From: Cenarchaeum sp.
Lineage (GTDB): Archaea; Thermoproteota; Nitrososphaeria; Nitrososphaerales; Nitrosopumilaceae
Direction of reading: 5' to 3'
Length of the DNA stretch: 64,000 bases
NCBI GenBank assembly: GCA_963692915.1
Contig: OY843584.1
Location: forward strand, 480,001-544,000
Shown here piece after piece: positions 1 to 10,631 of the stretch. The first letter of the stretch is position 1. Each line of letters opens with the position of its first letter. A model generated the notes under the pieces. The model saw only the letters and a list, made by a program, of their open reading frames with translations, was not told the DNA's origin and searched no databases. Position numbers and translations under genes: made by a program.

Positions 1-2142
1 GCGCTGCGACAAAAGATTGGGCGCGAGCCTAGCGTGACGGAGTCGAGCATTGTGGCAGCCGAATGGTCAGAGCATTGCTCGTACAAGTCCTCAAAGAACC
101 ACCTCTCGATGCTTCCGCGCGAGGGCCCGCACGCGCTGACTGACGTGTCATATGACTCTGGCGTGCTAGATGTCGGCGACGGATATGTCGTGACGGTTCA
201 CATAGAGAGCCACAACCACCCGTCTGCCGTAGAGCCATACGGCGGTGCTGCCACCGGCGTCGGCGGTGTCATACGCGACATACTCTCGGCCGGAACGCGG
301 CCAATCGCGCTGCTCGACGGGTTGCGCTTTGGTGACATTGGCTCTGACGCGCATGCGAGATGGCTCTTTCGCGGGGCCGTCTCGGGCATTGCAGACTATG
401 GTAACTGCATCGGCGTCCCGACTGTCGGCGGCGAGGTTGGCTTTGGCTCATGCTATGCCGGATATGCGCTAGTCGACGTTGCCGCAGTCGGCTTTGGCAA
501 GCGCGATCGCCTGATCAAAAACCACGCGACACAGGGTGATGCCGTCATGCTAGTCGGCGGTGCGACGGGGCGCGACGGGATTGGCGGCTCGCAGTTTGCC
601 TCTGACGCCCTAGATGGCGAGGATCGCTCGGCGGTCCAGATACCTGACCCCTTTATGGAAAAGCTCGTAATAGAGGCGACGCTTGAGGCGCGCGATGCCG
701 GAATCATCCATGCGCTAAAGGATCTCGGCGGCGGCGGGCTCTCGTGCGCCACGTCCGAGGCCGCCGACTCACTAGGCGTGGGAATCTCGATCGACGCCAG
801 CAGCGTCCACGTGCGCGAGGCCGGCCTTGGCGCGCATGAGATAATGACGTCCGAGTCCCAGGAGCGGATGATGCTCATAGTCGCGCCAGACTCTGTGGGA
901 AAGCTAGGCGAGATATGCGCAAAGTACGGCGTGCCGTGCTCACAGATTGGGACTGTGAGCGAGGGCGACGAGCTGCGCGTGGCCCACAAGGGCTCCGAGA
1001 TCGCACGTCTTCCGGCCTCCTTTGTGGCCAACGCGCCAAGGCTGGACCGCGAGGCGCGCAAGCCGCCGTACATTGACGAGCTTGCGGGCCTGCGGGCGCC
1101 AGACCCTGGCGGCGAGCGCGAGCTCTCTGCGGCCCTCCTGATGCTCCTCTCCTCGCCGAACATTGCCTCGCGCGAGTGGGTCTATGGCCAGTATGACCAC
1201 GAGGTCGGCATCCGCACTGTGGTGAGGCCCGGCGGCGATGCGGCACTCTTGCGCCTTGATAACGGCAAGTACCTCTCGATAACAATGGATGGCAACCCCG
1301 CCCACTGCTATGCGAGCCCCCGCGACGGCGCGACGGGATGCTTTGAGGAGGCATGCCGCAACACTGCATGTGTTGGGGCAAGGCCCATAGGGATGGTTGA
1401 CCACCTGCAGTTTGGCAACCCTGAAGATCCTGGAGTGTTCTGGACGTTCCTCGAGTCGCTGCGCGGCATATCAGGGCATGCGCGCGACATGGGAATACCG
1501 TGCGTTGGGGGCAAGGTGAGCTTTTACAACGAGACTCCGTCTGGTCCAATATGGCCAACGCCAGTTATCGGCGTCGTCGGCCTGGCCGAGCGCATGCCGC
1601 CTGCGCACGCTGCGGCGGGGGGAGACGCACTAGTTGCGATCGGACTCACGCGCGATGAGCTTGGCGCCTCCGAGTACGGCCTGCGCGTTCACGGGACGCT
1701 TGCGGGCAGCGTTGCGCAAGTTGATGCCGGCGAGTCACGCGCCGTAATGGATGCTGTCCTCGCGCTCCATTCTGCAGGCCTAGTGCATGCCGCACACGAC
1801 TGCTCGCGCGGTGGATTTGCCGTGTGCGTCGCCGAGATGTGCATAATGGCCGGCGCGGGAGCCGACATCTCCCTTGATCGCATGCCGGGCGGCGAGGGGA
1901 TTGGCGACAGCGCGGCCCTGTACTCGGAGAGCCACTCGAGGTATGTCGTGGCCGTGGATGCAGCAGACGTGCAGCGCACACTCGATGTCGCCTCATCGAG
2001 TGGTGCCACATGCGCGCACGTCGGCTCGCTTGGCGGGACGACAGTTCGCTTTTCGCGCCGCGGCTCTACGGCTGCGGCAGTCGATCTCGACGAGGCGACG
2101 AGGTCATGGAGGACATCGCTGGAGGTGGCAGCAAATGGTTAA
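1..2142 (+). CDS. purL: Phosphoribosylformylglycinamidine synthase subunit PurL (5'-truncated by window edge)
   Basis: Motifs WSEHCSYKSS, ESHNHPSAVEPYGGAATGVGG, DLGGGGL, SESQERM. The frame is open from base 1 (ALRQKIGREPS...), so the true start lies upstream of the window. Confidence 0.95.
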   Translation, partial: ALRQKIGREPSVTESSIVAAEWSEHCSYKSSKNHLSMLPREGPHALTDVSYDSGVLDVGDGYVVTVHIESHNHPSAVEPYGGAATGVGGVIRDILSAGTRPIALLDGLRFGDIGSDAHARWLFRGAVSGIADYGNCIGVPTVGGEVGFGSCYAGYALVDVAAVGFGKRDRLIKNHATQGDAVMLVGGATGRDGIGGSQFASDALDGEDRSAVQIPDPFMEKLVIEATLEARDAGIIHALKDLGGGGLSCATSEAADSLGVGISIDASSVHVREAGLGAHEIMTSESQERMMLIVAPDSVGKLGEICAKYGVPCSQIGTVSEGDELRVAHKGSEIARLPASFVANAPRLDREARKPPYIDELAGLRAPDPGGERELSAALLMLLSSPNIASREWVYGQYDHEVGIRTVVRPGGDAALLRLDNGKYLSITMDGNPAHCYASPRDGATGCFEEACRNTACVGARPIGMVDHLQFGNPEDPGVFWTFLESLRGISGHARDMGIPCVGGKVSFYNETPSGPIWPTPVIGVVGLAERMPPAHAAAGGDALVAIGLTRDELGASEYGLRVHGTLAGSVAQVDAGESRAVMDAVLALHSAGLVHAAHDCSRGGFAVCVAEMCIMAGAGADISLDRMPGGEGIGDSAALYSESHSRYVVAVDAADVQRTLDVASSSGATCAHVGSLGGTTVRFSRRGSTAAAVDLDEATRSWRTSLEVAANG

Positions 2143-3571
2143 GGAGAACTGTGGCGTTGTGGGGATATTCGCGCGCGGCGAGAATGACAATGTGGTGCCC
2201 ATGGCAATAGACGCGCTCCGTGCCCTGCAGCACAGGGGCCAGGAGGCCTGGGGAATCGCAGTCCCCGGCAAGGCTCCCGTAAAGCGCCTTGGGCTAGTCT
2301 CTGCTGCGGCCGGCGAGTTTGCCGAGATATCCGAGCAGTTCGCCTCGCGTGCGGCCATAGGGCACGTGCGCTACTCGACAGTCGGGCGCAGCAGCCTAGA
2401 GAACGCACAGCCGCTAAAGGTTGCCGACCTGTGCGTAGCGCACAATGGAACCATATCAAACGCATCTGAGATGTCCGGCATGGTTGGTGGCTGCACGTTC
2501 ACGCCGCAGACATCAAGTGACACGCTAGTCGTCGCACAGCGACTCGTCTCGCTAATGTCCGAAAAGTCTGGCCTTGGACCTGCCCTCTCTGTCCTAAAGG
2601 ACGAGATGGTCGGTTCGTACTGCTTTACGTTCCTTGCGGGTGATGACTCGGTCTACGCGGCGCGTGACCCGCGCGGGTTTAGGCCGATGGTCATGGGGTC
2701 AAAGGATGACGGCAGGGTGCGCATGGTCGCATCCGAGTCAGCGGCACTCGCTGCGATCGGCGCGTCCCTTGAGCGTGACGTAAAGCCCGGTGAGCTCGTG
2801 CACCTAGGTCCCAAAGGCCTAGAGTCCGAGATGTTCTCCACAGAGATAAAGAGCGCACACTGCTCCTTTGAGTTCACATACTTTGCGCACCCGTCTAGCA
2901 CCATGGAGGGCAAGAGCGTCTATCTTGCGCGCAAGAGCATAGGGGCACATCTTGCAAAAAAGTTCCCGCTTCGCGACGCGGACCTGGTCATACCCGTGCC
3001 CGACTCGGCTAGGCCCGCGGCGCTAGGATACGCGCAAGAGCTCGGCATCGCCTTTGACGAGGGCCTCATAAAGGATCGTTATAGCAAAAAGGGTCCACTG
3101 CGCAGCTTTATCGAGCCGCACCAGGACGACAGGGTCGAGATAAACCGCTGGATAATCCCGATAAGGCAGATAGTCGAAGGCAGGCACGTTATCGTGATCG
3201 ATGACAGCCTTGTTCGCGGGACGAGCTCGCGTGCCATCGTCGGCACGCTTCGTGACGCCGGTGCGCGCCGAATCAGCATGCTCATCACGTATCCTCCGAT
3301 CATGCACCCGTGCTATGCGGGAATAGACTTTCCCTCAAGCGGCGAGCTTGCCGCCCATTCGGACAGCCCTGACCAGTCACTAGAGGCCGTGACTGAGAGG
3401 GTTAGGCTCGACATTGGGGCGGACTTTTTGGGCTACAATGACGCAGAAAACCTCGCGCGCGCCGTGGGAATCGACACGTCATCAATGTGCTTTACGTGCC
3501 ACACGGGAGACTATGGGCCCCTTGGAGTCACGCCCGAGTTCAAGTCGCGCGAGGACCTAAAGGGTGAATAG
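2135..3571 (+). CDS. purF: Amidophosphoribosyltransferase
   Basis: MVKENCGVVG Ntn N-terminus, LQHRGQE, GHVRYST, HNG, PRPP motif VIDDSLVRGTS. ATG at 2135 overlaps the purL end. Confidence 0.95.
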   Translation: MVKENCGVVGIFARGENDNVVPMAIDALRALQHRGQEAWGIAVPGKAPVKRLGLVSAAAGEFAEISEQFASRAAIGHVRYSTVGRSSLENAQPLKVADLCVAHNGTISNASEMSGMVGGCTFTPQTSSDTLVVAQRLVSLMSEKSGLGPALSVLKDEMVGSYCFTFLAGDDSVYAARDPRGFRPMVMGSKDDGRVRMVASESAALAAIGASLERDVKPGELVHLGPKGLESEMFSTEIKSAHCSFEFTYFAHPSSTMEGKSVYLARKSIGAHLAKKFPLRDADLVIPVPDSARPAALGYAQELGIAFDEGLIKDRYSKKGPLRSFIEPHQDDRVEINRWIIPIRQIVEGRHVIVIDDSLVRGTSSRAIVGTLRDAGARRISMLITYPPIMHPCYAGIDFPSSGELAAHSDSPDQSLEAVTERVRLDIGADFLGYNDAENLARAVGIDTSSMCFTCHTGDYGPLGVTPEFKSREDLKGE

Positions 3572-3579
3572 GGCGCGCC

Positions 3580-4608
3580 TCACGTCGTCACGTCATCGAG
3601 GCGTGATGACGATTCTGCAAGCCGGATCTCGCGCGCTATGCGCCTCCCCATGCTCATCGGCTCGTCGTACGTGAGTGCCGTGTATGGCGAGCCGTTCATG
3701 TAGATGTTGGTTCCGGCCACAATCCTCGCCGAGAACTCAAACGCGGTGAACTTTGCCTCGGCGTCATATACGCCCTCGATGCAGAACGGCCCGTTCATGC
3801 CCGGTCCGACTAGGCGTGCGGACGCCTCCACAAATGACTCGCCCATCTCGTATACTCGCGGGAGGAGCGACTCGCGCAGAACCATTGCGCTGTTGGCAAT
3901 GACGTTAAACGATGGCGTCATCGTCGATGACATCTGCGCGCTGGCCGGAATGCGCGCAAGCCCGTCAATGTCTGACTCGTGCCTCGAGTCCACGCCAAAG
4001 AACTCGAGCTTTTTAGTGAGTGGCGAGTAAAAGTATTGCAGGTATGCGAGGACGCCGGGAATGTACTCTTGGAGGTATAGCTCCTCATCATGCCCGATGA
4101 CGCCAGTGGCCTCGAGTCTGTTGCGCTTTATCTGATAGTCATCATAGTCCGACGAGATAAAGTAACCCTTGCCGCCTGCAGCGCCGTGTCTTTTTGCTAT
4201 GGTCATGCGGTCAATCTCGCGCGGGTCATCTACTGCGCGTGGTGTCGGCAGCTTTGCCTCGCGCATCAGCTTTTCCTTGAGGCTACGGTCTGACTCCCAC
4301 TTTAGGATGTGGCGATTGCCGAATATGGGAGCGCGTATGGAATCGATCTCGTTCTGTGCCATCTGCGCGACGAGCGTGCCGTGGGGCACCAGGACAGCAC
4401 CGCTGGCCTTCAGTGCAGAGGCCGCCGAACCGTCACCCGATATGTCAGAGAACGAGTCGACTGTGATGATCTCGTCAATGAACGCAAAGCGCCGATAGAA
4501 CGACTCGCGCGACTTTTCACAGACGAGGACCGAGCGCAGTCCCTCGTCTCGCGCGCCCTTTAGGACCTGGAGCGCACAGTGGGATCCTAGCGTTGCTACT
4601 GCTGCCAA
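3580..4608 (-). CDS. purP: PurP-family FAICAR synthetase (ATP-grasp)
   Basis: ATLGSHCALQV, VPHGT, GGKGYF, GPFCIE, FEFSARIVAGTN, MSMGRRIAREI are typical of archaeal PurP. Confidence 0.9.
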   Translation of the reverse strand: MAAVATLGSHCALQVLKGARDEGLRSVLVCEKSRESFYRRFAFIDEIITVDSFSDISGDGSAASALKASGAVLVPHGTLVAQMAQNEIDSIRAPIFGNRHILKWESDRSLKEKLMREAKLPTPRAVDDPREIDRMTIAKRHGAAGGKGYFISSDYDDYQIKRNRLEATGVIGHDEELYLQEYIPGVLAYLQYFYSPLTKKLEFFGVDSRHESDIDGLARIPASAQMSSTMTPSFNVIANSAMVLRESLLPRVYEMGESFVEASARLVGPGMNGPFCIEGVYDAEAKFTAFEFSARIVAGTNIYMNGSPYTALTYDEPMSMGRRIAREIRLAESSSRLDDVTT

Positions 4609-4828
4609 CGCGCGTTGCGCGCCGTATGTTCATTTATGAACTGTGGGCTGTGCGGGCGTCTGCTAGTCCGGGGGCGCATGGGCGGGGGTGCCCTCACGCC
4701 GGCCTTGCCGTCCGGGACACTTGCGCGCGCCCCGCGTGCGGCCATTCGGCCGTGCCATGGGCCGCCATGGGGCCACCTGCCGTGCGTGGGCATGAAAAAT
4801 TAATTACGGTCGCCCTGCGGGGCTCGCC

Positions 4829-6130
4829 ATGCCAGCTGACAGCCTCGGCAAGGTGAGGCGCACGCACTATTCGTCGGATCTCCGGCCGGACATGGCCGGC
4901 GCGCAGGTGACGCTCATGGGGTGGGTCCTGGCCATCAGGGCACATGGCGCGATATCGTTCCTGACGGTTCGCGACAAGCGCGGCAGCGCCCAGGTGGTCG
5001 CAAAGTCCGGCGAGTGCGCAGATGACGTGCGTGAGACAATCTCCTCACTCAAGCCACACTCTGTGGTTGGCATAACTGGCACGCTAAGAGAGTCGGCCAA
5101 GGCGCCGTCTGGAGTCGAGCTGGTTCCCGGCGAGATTCACGTGTATTCGCGAGTCGAAAAGACCGCACCGTTTGACCCGATGGCCAAGACGGTGAAGAAC
5201 ATTGACACGCGCCTGGAGATTCGTGCCGTCGACCTTCGCCGTGGCGTGCTCCAGGACATCTTTAACGCGCGAAGCGCCGCGCTTGGTGCAGTCCGACAGT
5301 ACCTCACGGGAGAGGACTTTGTGGAGGTGAGCACCCCAAAGCTCATCAGCACGGCAACAGAGGGCGGCGCGTCACTGTTCTCGATATTCTACTATCACAC
5401 GCGCGCGTTTTTGGCACAGAGCCCACAGCTCTACAAGGAGCAGCTCACCATGGCGTTTGAAAAGGTATTTGAGATTGCGCCGATATTCCGCGCAGAGGCC
5501 TCGCGCACCCCGCGACACCTCTCTGAGGCCATATCGATGGATATCGAGGAGGCGTTTGCCGACCAAGACGACATTATGGACAGAGTCGAGCGAATCGTGA
5601 GCGATGCGGCATCTGCTGTCTCCTCGTATCGCGGACTCGAGGGCGCGATCAGCGTGCCTGAGATTCCCGACACGATTCCACGCTACACGTATACGGAGAT
5701 GGTAGAAAAGCTGCAGGCCGCCGGTGCGCGCACAAAGTGGGGCGAGGATCTCTACCCGATCGAGCTTCGCAAGGCGGGCATGGAGGGGTTTTACTTTGTC
5801 AGTGACTGGCCACTGGGCCCCAAGCCGTTCTATGTCAAGGCGGGCAGCGATGGCAAGACATCAGAGTCATTTGACCTGATGTTCGGGGATCTCGAAATCT
5901 CCTCGGGCAGCACGAGGATATCAGACAGGGCAGAGCTTGAGGCGCGCATGTCAGCCAAGGGCATGGACACGCGCGCATTCGAGTACCACCTGCGCGTCTT
6001 TGACTATGGCATGCCCCCGCACGCGGGGTGCGGAATTGGCCTTGAGAGGCTAATCATGGCGCTCACCGGAACTCCTGACATAAAGGACGCGACGTTCTAC
6101 CCGCGCGACGTGGACAGGCTGACGCCATAG
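4829..6130 (+). CDS. aspS: Aspartyl-tRNA synthetase (probably non-discriminating)
   Basis: OB-fold N-terminus, LAQSPQLYK, FRAE motif 2, GMPPHAGCGIGLERL motif 3. Directly upstream of gatCAB. Confidence 0.95.
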   Translation: MPADSLGKVRRTHYSSDLRPDMAGAQVTLMGWVLAIRAHGAISFLTVRDKRGSAQVVAKSGECADDVRETISSLKPHSVVGITGTLRESAKAPSGVELVPGEIHVYSRVEKTAPFDPMAKTVKNIDTRLEIRAVDLRRGVLQDIFNARSAALGAVRQYLTGEDFVEVSTPKLISTATEGGASLFSIFYYHTRAFLAQSPQLYKEQLTMAFEKVFEIAPIFRAEASRTPRHLSEAISMDIEEAFADQDDIMDRVERIVSDAASAVSSYRGLEGAISVPEIPDTIPRYTYTEMVEKLQAAGARTKWGEDLYPIELRKAGMEGFYFVSDWPLGPKPFYVKAGSDGKTSESFDLMFGDLEISSGSTRISDRAELEARMSAKGMDTRAFEYHLRVFDYGMPPHAGCGIGLERLIMALTGTPDIKDATFYPRDVDRLTP

Positions 6131-6140
6131 GTGCTAGGGG

Positions 6141-6413
6141 ATGGCCAAGATCACCGAGTCCGAGATTGTGCGTGTGGCGGCCCTCATGAAGATAGATGCC
6201 GGCGATGCGGCCTCACACGTTCCCAAGATCAAAAAGATGATCAAGTACTTTGAGAGCCTCGACCTGGCTGACATGGGGGACAGCGCCCCCAATGCGCACG
6301 TCATCCCGCTTGATGCGCTTCGAGGCGATGAGCGCGTCGAGTGCCCAGATGGGCTTATGGGACACCTAAATGGGGAGGCCGGCGAGCACATTCGTTCGCC
6401 AGACCTGAAATGA
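6141..6413 (+). CDS. gatC: Asp/Glu-tRNA amidotransferase subunit C
   Basis: 90 aa, EIVRVAALMKI...LRGD...IRSP pattern. Stop overlaps the gatA ATG. Confidence 0.85.
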   Translation: MAKITESEIVRVAALMKIDAGDAASHVPKIKKMIKYFESLDLADMGDSAPNAHVIPLDALRGDERVECPDGLMGHLNGEAGEHIRSPDLK

Positions 6414-7867
6414 CTGCAAGGCTGGCCATTGGCCTGGCCGAGTATGCCGAGGGCGTGCGCACCGGCGACATATCGTGCGAGGAGCACATGGCCGCAACGC
6501 TTGAGCGCATTGAGGCACATGACGCGCTGCTCCACGCGTACGTGTCACTGGATCCGTCTGCGCTTGAGGCGGCATCACAAGTGGACAGGGACGTGCGCGC
6601 CGGAAGGGACGTCGGGGCGCTAGCCGGCGCGCCGGTTGCCATAAAGGACAACATATGCACGGCTCACGGGCGCACGACATGCTGCTCATGGATGCTCGAG
6701 GGATATAGCTCTCCGTACGAGGCCACAGTGGTCTCGCGCCTTCGTGGGGCAGGCGGCATCGTCGTGGGCAAGACAAACATGGACGAGTTTGCCATGGGAA
6801 TCACGACAGAGTTTGGCGCGTTCGGGCCGAGCCGAAACCCGTGGGACACGGATCGCGTTCCGGGCGGCTCGTCGGGGGGAAGCGCCGTGGCCGTGAGCGC
6901 ACTAGAGTGCATGGCTGCGCTCGGCTCTGACACCGGCGGCTCTGTGAGAAACCCGGCAAGCTTTTGCTCCATTGTGGGGTTCAAGCCGACATACGGGCGC
7001 CTAAGCCGCTATGGGCTAGTCTCGTACGCCAACAGCATAGAACAGGTCGGCCCCATGGCTCGAAGCGTGCGTGACGTTGCCATTATGATGAACGGAATGT
7101 CCGGCATTGATGCAATGGATGACACGACACGCAATATGGGAGACGCAGGAGATCACCTTGCGCACCTTGATGCGGGAGTAGAGGGCATGGCAGTCGGACT
7201 TGACACGGGAGCCGTGGACGAGTCGACTGACGTGGGCCGCACAACTCGGCGCGCAGCTGACGAGCTCGAGTCCCTTGGCGCAAGCATAGTCGACGTTAGC
7301 CTAAAGCACGAGAGCCTGTCAGTTGCGGCGTACTATGTGATCACCGCAGCCGAGGCCGGCAGCAACCTTGCACGCTACGACAACATTCTCTACGGGTATG
7401 ACATGCCAGTGGAGGGCTATGAGCACGGCGCGTATGTCACGCGCGCCCGCTCGCGCCTCGGGCCAGAAGTCGAGAGGCGCATGATACTGGGAGGGTTTGT
7501 CCCGTCAGCAGGCCACGCAGGCAAGTACTACCTAAAGGCGATGCGCGCGCGCGATCTGCTCGTAGCAGAGGCCAACTCGTCATTCTCCTCACTTGGAATA
7601 TCGTGCATGCTCTCGCCAACGGTTCCCGTCCCGCCGTTTCGCCTTGGCGAAAAGATCGACGATCCTGTGGAGCTCTTTAGGATGGACTCAAACACGGTCA
7701 TGGCAAACTTGACTGGCAGGCCGGCGATATCGGTTCCGTTTGCCATGTGCGACGGGCTTCCGGTGGGGATGCAGCTGGTCGGCAGCATGGGCAATGACGC
7801 CGAGCTTCTGGGGATCGCCAACGCGCTGCACGGGCGCTCTGAGGTCGTGGGGGTGCCAATCCCATGA
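6410..7867 (+). CDS. gatA: Asp/Glu-tRNA amidotransferase subunit A
   Basis: Amidase signature AIKDN, GKTNMDEFAMG, PGGSSGGS, GSDTGGSVRNPA. ATGA overlap with gatC. Confidence 0.95.
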   Translation: MTARLAIGLAEYAEGVRTGDISCEEHMAATLERIEAHDALLHAYVSLDPSALEAASQVDRDVRAGRDVGALAGAPVAIKDNICTAHGRTTCCSWMLEGYSSPYEATVVSRLRGAGGIVVGKTNMDEFAMGITTEFGAFGPSRNPWDTDRVPGGSSGGSAVAVSALECMAALGSDTGGSVRNPASFCSIVGFKPTYGRLSRYGLVSYANSIEQVGPMARSVRDVAIMMNGMSGIDAMDDTTRNMGDAGDHLAHLDAGVEGMAVGLDTGAVDESTDVGRTTRRAADELESLGASIVDVSLKHESLSVAAYYVITAAEAGSNLARYDNILYGYDMPVEGYEHGAYVTRARSRLGPEVERRMILGGFVPSAGHAGKYYLKAMRARDLLVAEANSSFSSLGISCMLSPTVPVPPFRLGEKIDDPVELFRMDSNTVMANLTGRPAISVPFAMCDGLPVGMQLVGSMGNDAELLGIANALHGRSEVVGVPIP

Positions 7868-9273
7868 TGGCCAAGATCGGCCTCGAGATACACTGCCAGC
7901 TGACCACGCTGGAGAGCAAGCTCTTTTGCGGCTGCAGGGCAGACTATCGCAAGATGGCTCCAAACACGAACATCTGCGCGACGTGCATGGGCCTGCCCGG
8001 CACGCTGCCGCGCCTGAACGGTGAGGCCGTGAGGAGGGCCATGGCCATAGCCGTCTCGCTTGGCTGCAGCGTGCCCGGCACGCTGTCATTCTTTCGCAAG
8101 AACTACTTTTACCCAGACCTGCCAAAAAACTACCAGATAACGCAGCTTGACATCCATGGGCCGGCGAGTGTGGGTCACGGCGGCTCGGTGAGCGTCGGAT
8201 CGCGCACGGTCACGATAACCCGCGTGCAGCTAGAGGAGGATCCCGGCAGGATCGTCTACAGCGGAGCCTCAGAAAAGACACAGTCCACGCTAGTCGACTA
8301 TAACAGGGCTGGCACGCCGCTCGTCGAGATTGTGACAGGCCCTGACCTGCAGAGCGCACACGAGGTTCGCGCGTTTGTAAACCTGCTTCATGACATGCTT
8401 GAAAACCTTGGGGTGTCTGACGTCTCACTTGATGGCGCAATGCGTGCTGACGCAAACGTGTCAATAGAGGGAGGCAACAAGGTCGAGATAAAGAATGTCA
8501 GCTCGTTCCGTGACCTCGAGCGCGCCATCGAGTACGAGATAGCGCGCCAGACAGGAAATGTCGAGCACGGCCTTGAGACGCGGCAAGAAACGCGCCAATG
8601 GGACGAGCGAAGGCGCACAACGGTGGCCGCGCGTTCAAAGGAGGCAGACCAGGACTATCGGTATCTTGTAGAGCATGACATACCGTTCATAGATGTCAGT
8701 GGCGCAGTTGAGAAGGTTCGCTCGTCACTGCCCGAGAGCATTGCGTCCAGGAGGCGCAGGTATGCCGAGGAGTACGGAATGCAGGCGCAGGTGGCCGAGG
8801 TTCTCGCCTCGCAGCCGCACTTTGCGCGCCTGTTCGATGATGCGCGAACGCCAGAAAACTCGCGTGAGCTTGCAAACATTGTGACGACAGACCTCATGGG
8901 CCTCCTTGAGACGCGCGAAAAGCAGGCCGCCTCGAGGCTAACGCCTGCCGGTCTTGGCGCACTGGCCCTTGCCATATCGCGCAAGGAGATAACGCGAACC
9001 TCGGCAAAGACTGCACTCCAGTCCATGGTAAACACTGGCGCGACGCTAGAGGAGACGGTCAGATCCCTTGGCCTCGGTGCAGTCGATGATGCCGGCGAGA
9101 TTGAGCGTGCAGTCGGCGAGGTCATGGACTCCGAGCCCGGTGCCGTGGCCGATGCGCGCAAGTCGCCCAATGCCATCAACTATGTCATGGGCCTCGTCAT
9201 GAAGAGGTGCGGCGGCAGGGCGGATCCGGCCGCCGTCAGGGCGCTCATAGAGGCGCGCCTGCGCGACGCCTGA
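7864..9273 (+). CDS. gatB: Asp/Glu-tRNA amidotransferase subunit B
   Basis: IGLEIHCQL, PGTLP, RKNYFYPDLPKNYQITQ, DYNRAGTPLVEIVT, C-terminal Yqey-like domain. Confidence 0.95.
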   Translation: MMAKIGLEIHCQLTTLESKLFCGCRADYRKMAPNTNICATCMGLPGTLPRLNGEAVRRAMAIAVSLGCSVPGTLSFFRKNYFYPDLPKNYQITQLDIHGPASVGHGGSVSVGSRTVTITRVQLEEDPGRIVYSGASEKTQSTLVDYNRAGTPLVEIVTGPDLQSAHEVRAFVNLLHDMLENLGVSDVSLDGAMRADANVSIEGGNKVEIKNVSSFRDLERAIEYEIARQTGNVEHGLETRQETRQWDERRRTTVAARSKEADQDYRYLVEHDIPFIDVSGAVEKVRSSLPESIASRRRRYAEEYGMQAQVAEVLASQPHFARLFDDARTPENSRELANIVTTDLMGLLETREKQAASRLTPAGLGALALAISRKEITRTSAKTALQSMVNTGATLEETVRSLGLGAVDDAGEIERAVGEVMDSEPGAVADARKSPNAINYVMGLVMKRCGGRADPAAVRALIEARLRDA

Positions 9274-9341
9274 GCGCACACGAATGGCCATGCCGCGCCG
9301 CTTGATGTGGGTTAATTAAAGAGGGGCACGGCGAATGCGCA

Positions 9342-10631
9342 TTGAGCGCCGTGATGCCCGCAATCGCCGGAGCAGTATGCCTCGTGGCCGGACTCGCCAT
9401 CGGGTTCACGGCCGCCGGACTCTCGTTCGTCGAGTCGACGGCTCCTGCGGCCGGCATGGACGCCAATGACGATGGTCTTTCAGGCACAGTCGAGATCGGC
9501 TTTCTCCTTCCATTGACAGGCGGACAGTCCACGCACGGTGAGGAGAATGCGGCCGGCGCCATGCTTGCGATAGACGACCTCAACGACTACCTCTCCGAGG
9601 TGGGCGCGAACTGGCAGGCCCGTGGCGTCGTCGAGGACACTGCGACTAGCCCTGTTGTTGCTACTGAAAAGCTGACCACACTCAACGCCCGCGGGATAGA
9701 GATCGTCGTCGGCCCACAGACAAGCGGTGAGGTTCGTGCGGCAAAGGGATACGCCGACTCTAATGGAATGCTGCTCTTTAGCCACGCGTCGACTGCGCCG
9801 TCACTTGCAATCCCAAACGACAGCGTGTACCGCATGATCGTTGATGACACAAAGCAGGGACCGGCGATCGCCGCCATGGCGGTGCGCTCCGGAGCAGACG
9901 TCCTGATACCGGTCTGGCGCGGTGACACGTGGGGTGATGGACTAGTAGAGTCCGCGTCTGCCTCGTTTGTGTCGCGAGGCGGCACAGTCGATGAGGGCAT
10001 ACGCTACAATCCAGAATCAGTAGAGTTCTCGGCCACGGTGTCGGTTCTCGCCGAAAGGGTTGCGGCCCATGTGGAGAGCTCTGGCGCCGATAACGTGATC
10101 GTCCTCCTAGTGGCGTTTGCCGAGGCTCTCCCAATAATGCAGACTGCGGCAATTCATGACATGCTTGATGACGTGCGCTGGATTGGCAGTGACGGAAGCG
10201 CACTGGAGCACAAGATCACGACAGACCCCGTGGCCTCGGCGTTCTCTGACTCTGTCGAGTTCACGACTGTCCAGATATCGGCATCGCACAACGAGATATA
10301 CGAGAGTGTGCGCACGCGACTTGCCGAGCAGTTTGCCGGACGCGACGTGAACGGGTATGCGTACACGATATATGACGCGACATGGGTCATGGGCCTCTCG
10401 ATGCTCCATGCCGGCTCGTCTGATGCGCAGCTCGTCGAGCACGCCATCCCGACTGTCGCCGCAAACCACTTTGGCGCCATAGGCAACACACGGCTCAATG
10501 ACGCCGGTGACCTGGCCGGCGCCAACTATGACCTCTGGGCCACCGTTGGGGGCGAGTGGGTGAACACTGGAATGTACATGCTGTCAACGGACACCATCAT
10601 GCCTGTCGCTGGCATGGCGGGGGGAGCATGA
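9342..10631 (+). CDS. Branched-chain amino acid ABC transporter substrate-binding protein (LivJ/K-like), copy 1
   Basis: N-terminal TM anchor, IGFLLPLTG, STAPSL, DTWGDGL, YDA motifs of type I periplasmic binding proteins. Adjacent to Liv ATPases and permeases. Confidence 0.85.
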   Translation: MSAVMPAIAGAVCLVAGLAIGFTAAGLSFVESTAPAAGMDANDDGLSGTVEIGFLLPLTGGQSTHGEENAAGAMLAIDDLNDYLSEVGANWQARGVVEDTATSPVVATEKLTTLNARGIEIVVGPQTSGEVRAAKGYADSNGMLLFSHASTAPSLAIPNDSVYRMIVDDTKQGPAIAAMAVRSGADVLIPVWRGDTWGDGLVESASASFVSRGGTVDEGIRYNPESVEFSATVSVLAERVAAHVESSGADNVIVLLVAFAEALPIMQTAAIHDMLDDVRWIGSDGSALEHKITTDPVASAFSDSVEFTTVQISASHNEIYESVRTRLAEQFAGRDVNGYAYTIYDATWVMGLSMLHAGSSDAQLVEHAIPTVAANHFGAIGNTRLNDAGDLAGANYDLWATVGGEWVNTGMYMLSTDTIMPVAGMAGGA